Positions 1 through 11,450 of a DNA stretch of 64,000 bases are shown piece by piece. The notes under the pieces were generated by a model, which was not told the DNA's origin, ran no database searches, and saw only the letters and a program-made list of their open reading frames with translations. Position numbers and translations under genes: made by a program. Each line of letters begins with the position of its first letter. Within the stretch, counting starts at the first letter, position 1. The DNA is from Hydrolagus colliei (lineage: Eukaryota): NCBI GenBank assembly GCA_035084275.1, contig CM068769.1:434001-498000 (forward strand), read 5' to 3'.

Positions 1-216
1 AATCTGGAATGCATTGCCTGAAAAGGTGGTGGAGGCTGATTCGATAACAACTTTTAAAAGGGAATTAGATCTTTATTTAGGGAGAACGGGTCTATTAGGC
101 TATGGGGAGCGGGCAGGGCAGTGGGATTGAATCGCTCTTTTCAAAGAGCCGGCACAGACTAGATGGGCCGAATGGCCTACTTTTGTGCCGTAAAATTCTA
201 TGATTCTATGATTCTA
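1..216 (+). mobile_element. CR1-type LINE 3' end
   Basis: RT C-terminal remnant (IWNALPEKVVEADSITTFKRELD), then GGCCGAATGGCCT and a (TTCTATGA)n tail typical of CR1 3' ends. Confidence 0.8.
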
Positions 217-732
217 AATGTTCTGAGACTTCTGAGCCTTCCACCTGTGCACGGGAATCCATCATCTTAGCATGAAGCAGTTATGGTTTATCAGGGTACG
301 TTTCCCGTTTACCTAATTCTCGACAGTATTTGGACCAGAACCACAATGGCCAAGGCAGAGTGACCAGAGAGTTTGAGCTGTGAGGAACTGCTGCGTTTGA
401 AACAGATAATCGAAAAAGTACCGCCTGGTGGATCTATGTTTCAAACGACGTTCACCTTGTGTTGCTGCCACATTTCCTAGGTTAAAGTGGAGATTATATT
501 TGTAGCTTTGGTTTTGCAGGAGAACCTGGTGCAGCTTTCATGCACAGGTTCAAATCTGTCAGCAAAAAACATCTAATGAAGGTCTTCGTGTCATCTCTAT
601 GATGTAATAGCACGTTATGTGAAATGTATGGAATCAAATGAAATCGAAGAGCAAGTAGAATTAGGGAAAACTCTACAAAGTAATCACGTGCAGACAAGAG
701 ATTATCTAAATCATTTCTACGCTGGTTTGTTG

Positions 733-815
733 GTAGCCGTGGCCGAATGGTTAAGGTGATGGATTAGAAATCCATTGGGAAACTTCTCGCGCAGTTTCGA
801 ATCCTACTGACAACG
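733..815 (+). tRNA. tRNA-Ser(AGA), degenerate, probable pseudogene
   Basis: GTAGCCGTGGCCGAATGGTTAAGGTGATGGATTAGAAATCCATTGGG...GTTTCGAATCCTACTGACAACG follows vertebrate tRNA-Ser(AGA) with a long variable arm. There are two acceptor-stem mismatches and an altered B box (GTTTCGA). Confidence 0.85.
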
Positions 816-1486
816 TATACTGCACTCTGTAATCATGATTGTGTCACTCGATGTCGTAATGTTTGCACATTGGCACTAATCAGGGATTGTGAAAATATTT
901 TATTGCCACAAAGGATTTCGTAAAAGTGACGAGACATTCTAATTTTCAATTGTGAATTGTACCTGACTGAAAGATTGCCTTAATAATACTGTAATTAATA
1001 GTTATTTTGTGAAAATTTTCCTAACTTCCGCCGCCCCCCCCCCCCACCCACCCCACCCCACCTGTGCCCACATCCAATCTCTCGCCATCTACTTCACCAG
1101 CTCTCTGTCGATCCATACCTTTCTTTCCCACCCTCTCTCACTCCCACCCACTCACTCTCCCCAGCATGTCTGCTTGACGCTGAGACGTTTGCTCAACATT
1201 CAAGCGAAACCTGTCCTGAGCCATTTTCACTCTATGCTTCTCATAAGAGAAAACACTAAATCAAAATATAAAAATAACAGGATTATGGAATCTAAACGGC
1301 TGGCTCTGAATCAAGTTGAGCTCCTTTTTCTGCTTTCAAAAATAAATGATCGTCCTTATATTTACACTGTTGCAATTCAAATTGTTTATACACAGTCGTG
1401 TTATGATGCTATGCTTCATTGCTAAAATCTTAGAGCAAACAGATCAGACTGGACTTGATAGATATCGTGAATGTACACCAACGCAT

Positions 1487-1558
1487 TGACCTCAATGTGA
1501 TTTGAGCACGTAGCCTTCTGATCTGGAGTGAGCAGCGCTACAGTTGCGCCACAAAATC
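1487..1558 (-). tRNA. tRNA-Trp(CCA), degenerate pseudogene
   Basis: The reverse complement reads GATTTTGTGGCGCAACTGTAGCGCTGCTCACTCCAGATCAGAAGGCTACGTGCTCAAATCACATTGAGGTCA. It is 72 nt and colinear with vertebrate tRNA-Trp, but has several stem-breaking substitutions. Confidence 0.8.
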
Positions 1559-3485
1559 AATAGCTTATCTTGCATAACAGGCTCTGTTGTAGAGGAGTGA
1601 ATTAAAGCAGAAAACTAGATGGATTTAAAACAAAATTTGTTGAGTAATTTTCCCATCAAAATGGAATGTTTACTTTGGAGATGCAGTAATCTAACCATGG
1701 TCTCACACTTTCTGGTAGCCACAGAAGTACATTGTGATCATCACTATAGATGCTGATGGTGTTGCATTATAATAATAATGCTTGTATATTGTCCAGTGGC
1801 TTACCATTTTGATGAGACGCCTCAAAGCGCTTGACAGAAAATACTGCAACGTGATTTGTCGGTACATTTTGTGGTTGAGATGCAGCAGTGAATTGCCCAC
1901 CACAGTGTACAACAAACTGATTTCGTCAATACTGGAGGCAAACAATTCAAGAAAGTCTCTCATTCCACTACAAACAATCCTTATTATTTCCCTCAATCTA
2001 CGACTGTTTGTTGAAATCTTCTTTTAACAATTAGCTGTCGCGTTTGCCTCGATCAATACAAAGTTAACTTGGTTCACTGAATATTCTATGAAACTCCTTT
2101 AGAAATTCCCAAAACGTGATACGCTCTTATATTCAAATATCAATTAATAATTACATTTATATAGAGCCTTTCACGTCGGGAGTAAGTCCCAAGGAGCTGA
2201 ACAGTCAAGTTGGAACTAGAGCAGGGGGGGCGGGGTCAAAATAAAATAAAGCAAAGTAGGAAAATTAACTGTATATTTGTAGGCGAAACGCCCACAGCCA
2301 AATTTTTCAAATACTAATAAACAATTATTACACTATAATTTATCTGTGAATACAGGTATCGTTTTAGATTGGCATGATTTAATTGCAATTAATTTTGTGC
2401 TAAATACTAAATGCTATCCAAGACATTTATGGATCCTACTTGAGTAGATTATTTGCTGAGTGTCTGTTAAAACGTGATAACGATATAATATTGCACAGAA
2501 CTCCTCTCGAAATGAGCTCTAATGGTGGGTCGGTAGCTACGAGGGTTGAAAAGGAGGCCGATGCAAGTCGAGCAGAGGCGCCAGGTACTGGATTGGTGAG
2601 CGAGCAGTTCGGAGAGTTTCATTGCGCTGATAGTCAACGTTTGCTGGCTTAGGATCATACAACACCAATGAGAAGCGCTCAGGGTATCACAGCGTGTCAA
2701 TGGCAAATGCATCAGTTGATAAATAAATGCAAGTAGTTTCTCGTGAATAATATTTATTATTTGGCAATCATAAAGAACAGTTATAGGTACAGATCAGACA
2801 AGAACAAATCAAATATTATCAGGTATACCAAACAAATTCTGCATTATTGCATTAATGTTGTTGTGGTAATATGAAGTGACTACAACGTGAAAAGTAAAGT
2901 TCTAAGCGAATGACATACCAAATATTGTGTTATAGGCAAAAAACTAAAATCACATAGCACCGTGATTAACATTGCACCTATTTAACAACTTTATTTAAAT
3001 GATGTTTATGAAGGAACAGAGAGTTTGATATCAAATCCGTCTGATGGCACAGAATTTGGAGGCGCAGTGTATTGATTAGATGGGAGCAGGAATATTAATC
3101 CGGACGTAGATAAGTGAAGTGAAGGAAAGAAACCGTGATGGATGGAATTCAATGCCTAAAGTCATTCACTAGAGCAAAAGAAATGGAAGATTAAAATACT
3201 TTCTAACGTGGAGAAAAAAAGGATGATGGAGGACAAAATAAGATGTTGTTGTTCAGGTGAAACAATCACTGAAGACAGATCACAGTAGCGAACCGTTATC
3301 AGCAACCTGAATGAAATGTTAACTTTTGTGGTAAGGAGTGTGGCAAATGAATTCGAGAAAATTTTCCTTCGACTAAACAACTCGATTAACAGACCATATC
3401 CGGACTACTATGTTCAGTTTTGGATACTCCGGGACTAAGGAGGGTTAAATCAAGTAATTCATCATTAGAAGAGAGTGATTTTCGT

Positions 3486-5061
3486 TCACCAAACTAACTT
3501 AACAATATTACGAAACGGGTACCTCACCATATTCTTCAACTGTTGTCTGAATTTAGATTGAGTCAAAGCGTAAACACACGTATTTGTGGAACAACTGAAA
3601 AGTCGAAGTATATCTCCCACAGGTAAAAGTTCGCCAAAGTAGTTTCCTAAACCTAAAAAATACGTAATTACATAATTAAGATTTGTGGCTACATAAGTCA
3701 CCCACATTAGCACAAAACTCCCAGATACAACAAATAGTAAAACAATGAATTTTCTCCGACTCTCCATCTCTGGATCAATGTGATTCTCCCCAGGTCTGTG
3801 AGCTCTGAGTCTTCTGCGGGATTTACTGCTGACCAAAATGTGTCTGACTGTCACAGCATTGAGCAGCAAAACGATGACAAATGGGAGGTTTGGGGTTAAT
3901 ACATATAGAAATATCTTAAATGCTGTCCATATAGAGGATTTATAGTAAGTTAATTTAACGACACAAAACCAAGGTTTGTTGTTAAAGATGAAGAGCGGTT
4001 CAAACTCCAGGCACAGAGGACTGTATAGCGCACAGCTCAGCACAGAGATGGTTCCCAGAACCACAGCCGCCGATCTCTGGGTGCAATGTGTTGACTTCAA
4101 TTTCTGATGACAAATGGCCACATGTCGGTCAAAGGTGAAAGCCACTGTGAACCAGACAGAACACGCTGAGTTCACATACAGCAGCGCCTCGTGGAGAAGG
4201 CAGATCGGGGTGAAAAGCAAAACATTAAACTTTGGGAGATACAGATCACCTACACGGTTCAGTATCACATCAAATATCACCACCGTCAGATCTGCCCCCG
4301 CCATGGCCACCAGGTAGCGAGTGATGCACGTGGAGAGACCGCACTTTCCTCGCCAGAGGATCACAATCGTCACCAGGTTAACTGCAAACAAAACACACGA
4401 AATATTCGAGAAACTGACGGTAAACGTCAACAACAGAATCGTCAACATCAACACCTGCAGTTGTACAGCCTCCCTGACCCAGGGTATCGCGCTGTAGAAT
4501 TTGTCGGTGGCAGAAAACCACATCCAGGTGCCAGGTGATGACGGATCGAGGGAGTTTGGGAGAATTCGGAAACTAATGCTATTGACAACAGGGATTCTGG
4601 AGAGCTTGTTTAGAACTGATGTAGTGAAGCGAACATATAGTGCTCTGGAATGCTCTGCATGAGGTGGGCTCTATAACTGCAAGCTGTTCTGCATAAACTC
4701 CCTGAAAAGCCCTGTATGTTCTAATACTGGTTTTCCCGTGATACGAAGGAATAAATTAATTGACAATTTGTATGTTTTTGCTTGGTTGTCATATCAAATA
4801 ATGAAATGTTTTGATTAAGCGCACTCTGTTGCGTGTAGCCAACTATGACAATTTCTATTTAACCAATACATGCTAAATAAGATGGCACAAATACCATGAG
4901 AGTGGAAACATAAGATACATATCAAAATCAAATATGTATTGAAACGTTGACTTACGTGAAGTAACAAGTTATGAGGACTTACCAGGAACACCGATAACTG
5001 CAATAATTGGATAGTATATCAGTTCTATCTGATTCACTATTAAAATAAAAGCGTATGACAT
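3486..5061 (-). CDS. GPR139-like class A GPCR, 2 exons, 324 aa
   Basis: Exon 1 is 5061-4983 (MSYAFILIVNQIELIYYPIIAVIGVP+G, donor gtaagt). A 601-nt intron ends ttttgtttgcag. Exon 2 is 4381-3486. The total is 975 nt, in frame. It has seven hydrophobic segments, AMAGADL in TM2, a DRY-equivalent FDRHVAIC and TNTCVY in TM7. The first 47 aa of the tracked ORF are intronic. Confidence 0.9.
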
Positions 5062-7369
5062 TTCCTTTGTGCTGGTGACACTCACTAACTTTTCAACTGT
5101 GACGTGACAATAAGAAAATCAACCCTCTTTACAGTGGAGAAATGCCTGCTGCAAAACCAGCAACGGGTGGGATCATTGAAATTAGTTACACTGATATGAA
5201 CAAACAATTTAAGAATGTTTCCTGGGAATACAATAATGATTTGTACGTGATAGTAATTATGTACAGGGAAAATGAAGGATACTTAGCAAATATGACTGAA
5301 AAAGCAGCTTCTCAACTGAATTCTTCTCCCAGATCTGGAAGATTATTTTGCTAACATCGTTTCCAGATTTAACAAAATATGACACATTATAATCCAAAAA
5401 AGTTAGAATTTGATCTCCACATGGGATTTGTAAACGTTACCACAGAAAAGAAATTGAATAGTAATGGATTGATCAAAATGCCTAGAATTTAGACCACCCT
5501 GAGAAGAACATATTTTGATTTGATAGAAGAGCAGGTAATTGAAGATGAACAAAAATGTTTTGAAGATACATTGTTAATAATCAACAGCAATTACAGAAAT
5601 ATCGACAAAGATTAAGCAAGCTGCAAATTAGCAGCTTGAATAGAAATATATATATTTAGAAGGAATTTCATACAATGAAAAGCAGCAAAGGAGACATGTA
5701 TACGTCTTAAAATAATGAAAGACTACCGTTGATTGTATCATATATTAGATTACAAAACTTCAATGCAGATTAGTCAATCGTCATTAATTTATTTTAAAAA
5801 TATATCAGGAGACATGTGCTATATCAGAAACAAATGGAAATAAGAATTGCAGAAGATTAGACTTGATGAATTTGTCCAAGAGCATAACAGCATTCGTGCC
5901 GAGCATATCGCTGGATTGCAAATAACTATAGAAAACTGTTGGTCATTTTATAATCCAAATTCTACGTTGCGCTTCAACAATGGAGGCATCGACATACGTA
6001 TTTGGGATTCTCGTAATATTAGACCCCATTCTTAAGTATTAAGCTTAAGTTCTGCATTCCTGACACCCTTGAATCTAGTTCACACAATGTCTAAGGCTGT
6101 GGCATCCTCCCTACGGCGTGGGAATCAGAACTAAAGACAATTATCTAGTTGCGGCATCACTGTCGTTTTATGAGGTTCATCATAACATAGACATAATAAT
6201 AACAAATGCTCATTGTTGTATTTGGCATTGCACTTTTCACGACTAAGAGACTTCTCAATACTCTCTACAGAATATACTACCAATCGAAATGTGAATGTAT
6301 TTGTGGGCGAAACGTGGTAGCCAGTAGCGCACAATAGTCTACCACAAACAGCCGTGGATTTAAATGATGTTCGTTTTTGTTATCTTGATGGATTATTATC
6401 AGTCTTGTGGACTGAGGAAACATATCAAAGGTTTCGCCCCTCGATTGAAATGAACACTTACCGCTCGCTTTTAATGTGACCGTTCTGACCGCTGAGCTAC
6501 AGAAATCCACAAAATGTTTAAAGTGTTCAATGCGTTTAGATAATTCAAGTCTCTATAAATGCTGAGTGTTTTAGCAAATACTCAGTTTCAGATCAATGTA
6601 GCCTTCCTACTGACATCGACATTTCGTCACTACCATTATTACTTATAGAAGTAATACTATTACTTCTATCAATAATAATAACATTATCACATCAATAATA
6701 TATGCCACGAATTCTAAGTTAGAGCATGCTGTCTGATTTATTTTTAGCATCCTGTACAGCCGTTTACAAATATTTGCTGAACTTGCACCCCCGATTGTAT
6801 CATCGATCTAGTACTGACTCTCATCATTTTTCATCCCACAGTATATGCATCTCTCAACAACACAGTTAATCTACAATCTATATTTCCTATCAATGGATCA
6901 TCTTAAACTAGTAACTTATTCTCTCTAAATCTAGGTCATCCCTATATCCACCCCCCCAACCACATCCTCTCACACTCTCTGGCCTCCTTCATTTCTCGCC
7001 TCATTCGTACATATTAAGAATTGCGGATATCGAAGCACCTACACATTTGGCAACACTGGACATATCCATTCATTCAGAATTACAACAGTCAACCCCGGCT
7101 CTCCATTTGCTGTTTCCCAGATAGTGTTGTATCCATTACTGCCACTGTTGTTTTGAGAACATGCGATTAAATTTTCCAAACACGGCTATTATGCAGCACT
7201 TCACCGAGAAGCGTTGTGTAATCGATACATCCTGCAACAAATGCACTACGCCCATTATCCTCCACCTTTACCTAATCACAATGTGGATGAAAGGCAGAGT
7301 TAATCCAGTCCAGAGTGAATGCAAAACAGATTACTGAGTGACATAAGGGTGAAAATAACAAAATTGTTG

Positions 7370-7725
7370 ATCAAAATGTGCCAATCGTCATTGACACCAG
7401 GACGGTGACAGAGGATTGGACCATTGCAAATGTTACTCACCTGTATAGAAAAGGGCAGAGGGATAAACCCGTGAACTCAAATCGATCAGCCTAATGTCAT
7501 TGGTTAGAATTTTCTTTTACAATCTACAGTCTGAGAAGAAAATTTTGTTTCACTCAGAAAACAAGTAGTTTATCAAGGACAGCAAACTGAGATTTATTCA
7601 AGCAACCTCGTTTATGGCACACTTGCTAGAGACTCTATGATGAAGTTACACAGAAGTTGGATCAAGGTGGTGAAGTTATGTAACTGATATGGTTTTCCAA
7701 AATATGTTTCATAAAGTTCTGCATA
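7370..7725 (+). mobile_element. CR1 LINE RT fragment (decayed)
   Basis: EDWTIANVT.LY.KGQRDKP motif and a later DVTDMVFQ...KVLHKRL remnant. Confidence 0.7.
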
Positions 7726-8216
7726 AGAGACTTGTAGACAGCACACCGTTAAAAAGGGCCGGTTTGTTCTATGAATCCAGCCTTGCGCCGGATTTTGAGC
7801 CTCTGGCAACACAATCTGAAACTCTATCCCACAGTCCCTTCCCCTCTCTTACCCCTTGCTTCCTGCAAGGCCGGTCACAAAAACTTACTTTTCGTGCCTA
7901 CTGCCGTACTTTCACCTCTCCCACTCATTTCCCCCCATCCCTGCACCTCCACCATTATCGATTCCCGACTTCTCACTCTTTAGCGCATTGCGAGATCCTC
8001 CCGTCGTGAAAAATGCTCTGTAATCTTTTTCTTCTAGTGGACAGCGAACGGCTGTCCACTAGAGACAGTTAGCAGACAGTGGTAGATAAGGCTGGAGACA
8101 GTTAGCAGACAGTGGTAGATAAATGTTGTTTTTCATGATTGGAGGGTTTTGTTCAGCGGTGGAAAGAAAGAAAAAAGCCGAATGGTACTGCGAGGAACTA
8201 CAGAAATGTCATGTTA

Positions 8217-10360
8217 CAGGCCCGTACGTAGGGGGGGTGCGACGGGTGCGTACGCACCCCCCCAAATTATAAAAGGTCCACATTTTCCGGGGTAGAGAAT
8301 TGTATTTTTTATCAAATTTAAATACCAAGTAAAGTAAATTTATTGAGCATTTGTGTAACAATCAGTGCTTCAAAACTATGTATAAATTATACACACACAT
8401 CTTTGAATGTTTTAGTATTAAAATAAAATTATCGAGTCGCACACCAGAATCGGCATCTACCCAAAACATACCGCGTCGATAGACGAGTCCACCACTTCTG
8501 GAAGTTAAAATCATCTTTTCATCTGATCACCGTAAGTAAAAATTACTCAAGTTTTGAGAGGTGTGACTGCAATGCTAGCAAACAATGACAACATATTTAC
8601 AAGCTTCTGAGAAATTAAAGCTTTTGAGAACCCAACAAAAAAGTTACGTGTGTCTGGACGGGAATGCCTATCTTTAAAAGAAATACTCATGGACGTAGAC
8701 CTATGCTTTAGCGCCTATGTCTACGTGGTGTGTCAATTGGAAATCATCCCGTATACAGTCACTACATAAAAAGGTAGCACCACTTTGTGGAAGCTGAAAT
8801 CGTATTTTAATCTGATAAATGTAAGTAAAAATGACTTAAGTTTTGATAGGCGTGTTTCTGAAATATCATGTTTCTTGTTTTGTCTTGATTATCACATTTG
8901 ATTTATATTATTAAAAATGTATTCCTGTAATTAAAAATTGCTTTTAGAGACGTCCACTGGCATGCAAAAAAAATATGACCGCAAAGATAAACACCTACAT
9001 CTACTTTATTTCACATTCAGTTTTGTACCCAGAGTGAAAAAACATCAATGTCGCACGAATTTGGCATAAAAATAGTTTCACCGTCATCTAATCGAGCGAA
9101 CTTGGGCACTGACAACCACACTTCTCCACTGATCCCTTCTCTCCATGCAGCCTGACAACTCCCACCTGCCAATACCCGAATCGCGCTCCAGAGAATCGAT
9201 GTAGGTTAGGGCCGGTCTACCTTGTGTTCTGTGACCGTGCAATGGTTCCCATAGGATAGAAGGACTATGGACAGTTTCCTCCCGGCTTCTCCAGCTATGT
9301 CCACTAAACTTAAGACGCCTCTGCAGTAATGTCTGTGATACCAGTGTGGTAGTGTACCATATAGCTCACTATTTGTCAGATGCTGTCGCCAGTAAACATT
9401 CAGGGCGGCTCTTAGAAGCCTGGTATAAACCTCATGAGTCATCTAATCTCCTGGTCAAGGTTTGCGTAAGTGTCCAGCATTCTGCTGCATATAGGAGCAA
9501 CTTTCAGCACTCACGTTAATGCACATTCATTATAATATGGAAATCGATATTGGTAGAGTGGTTGACGTATTCGCTTCAAAGCAACCAAGGCGTCTCGAAT
9601 ATGGAACGCTATTAAATAATTAATTTCCCCTCCCTTATTTTTTAAAGTATTTTTTCGTCAGATCAGTATTGCTTGATGGGTCACTTCCTTTAATTTTGAT
9701 TCTAAATAAATAAATAAAAACTAACCACACTATTGCTCAAAGTTCAACGATATTTTCAGGACAATGCTGATAACAGGCTTGTAACACGTGTGAATTAACT
9801 GTTTTACACTGATTTTCAGTTTCTGTATATTGTCTTGTGTTTTATAAAATTTGCTTTGCTGGAATATCTGAGCACATAATTCATACGTTACTCTTACATT
9901 ATTGTTCATCACAGTCAGAAAGAAATTGAGTCTTAGGATAACAAAGCAGAACAACTTATTAATTACTGTCAATCTGTAGTTTATGATCATTTTCTCTTAT
10001 ACGCATACATTTATCAAGCATTCGTCATTGTACGGTTTTAATTGCATTGTAATTTACTTGATCGTTCACATTGCGTACATCATCGAGTCAACAATCCTGT
10101 TTGCTTTTATCGGCGAACACATTCGACCTTCCTAAAAAATTTAGACACGGACTACTGGGGAAAATAAAAACACTGAATAAATAATGATGCTCTTAAACAC
10201 CAAGGACATGAAACATTTAGCATTCATATTGGATCTTCTAAACCGATTAAATAAGACCTCAAACTGTGTAAAACGTCGCAGCCCGCAAGCCCCCGGCCAT
10301 TGTTGGTCCGATCACTAGTAATGCGCACCCCCCCCATTAAAAATCCTGCGTACGGCCCTG
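8217..10360. mobile_element. Non-autonomous DNA transposon with CAGG termini (hAT-like), 5-bp TSD
   Basis: The left TIR CAGGCCCGTACGTAGG matches the reverse complement of the right TIR, CAGGGCCGTACGCAGG, at 14/16. TGTTA flanks both ends (8212-8216, 10361-10365). Confidence 0.7.
9200..9445 (-). mobile_element. RTE-like LINE RT C-terminal fragment nested in the DNA transposon
   Basis: YTRLLRAALNVYWRQHLTNSELYG, followed in another frame by RRLKFSGHSWR, an R..GH motif typical of RTE-like elements. Confidence 0.6.
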
Positions 10361-10989
10361 TGTTAACATTACTAGTCAAACATTTAGATGGCATAATCCC
10401 GGACTAAATATGTTGGGGGGGTTCATTTGTGGTCAATGCAGGACAGCTAAAATTGATTTCTTGAAGGAACCTCATGTTTAACAAAACTGATGGGTATTTC
10501 TGATGAATTCTTAGATGGCGGATGAAGGTAGTGTTATTACTGTAAATGTGCATGTATTTTCTAATGGTGTTTGATAAAATTCCACATGTGGGACTTCTAA
10601 GCCAAACAGAACATCTGAGTATTAATGGGACAGTGGCAGCATGGATACATAATCAACTGAGAGACAGGACGCAGAGAGAGGTGCAGAACCTTTCTTTCTG
10701 ATTGCAGTGAAGCGTGCAGTGGTGACCCCTTAGTGCCTTTACGGTGACCATTGCTGCTTCTGGTCTATCAAGTTGACCTGGAATTGTGTACAGGGTGCAA
10801 ATGTGTGGCATTCACATGATATGAAGCTAGAAATAGTAGCGAACAGTGAGAGGTAAAGTAGCCGACTGCATTAGGACACAGACCTTGTCTTGTGGCAAGA
10901 CACCTAAAAGATGAACTGTAATTTGAATAAATGGAAGTGACGCGTTTTGTAAGAACGCAGAGAGGCAAACATACAGTGGGTGAATTAAA

Positions 10990-11450
10990 ATCGAAGCAAA
11001 CAAAACGGGATACTATTCTTTTTAATTAGTGGCATCAAATATAAATGTCATGATGTAATGATCAAACTTTTTAAAACACTGGTTAGGCGTCAGATGGAAC
11101 ACTGGCTTGAGTTTCGGGCAAAAAACTTTAGTAAGAACGTCAAGGCATTGGAGAGGATGCAGAACAGATTTACCAGGATGGTACTATGAATCAGGGACTT
11201 TGGTTATCAAGAGAGACGAAGAAAGCTAGGATTATACTTCCTGAAGTAGGGAAGGATAAGTGGAGACTCCAATAGGCTGAACAAAGAGACATAATTTCCA
11301 CCGGAGAGTGGTCCGATTAACCCATTACAATCATATCAAATAGATGTTAACTGAATAGGGGAATATTTTTTCACACTTCGAGTTGTATTGGTCTGGACTG
11401 CATTTCTGCAAAGTGTGGAAGAAGCCGATTCGGTAAAAAAAAACAAATTG
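10990..11450 (+). mobile_element. CR1 LINE RT 3' fragment (decayed)
   Basis: Remnants of LFKTLVR..LE.C..FW, ALERMQNRFTRM and RFT.RVV..W. Confidence 0.6.

Noticed and set aside
394-447. 11-bp stem CGTTTGAAACA / TGTTTCAAACG
   Set aside because: It is short with a 32-nt loop, matches no recognisable RNA family, and could plausibly arise by chance.
1703-1996. ORF with VVGNSLL...YFLSS, vaguely like GPCR TM1-TM2
   Set aside because: No further TM pattern, DRY or NPxxY-like motif was found in any frame.
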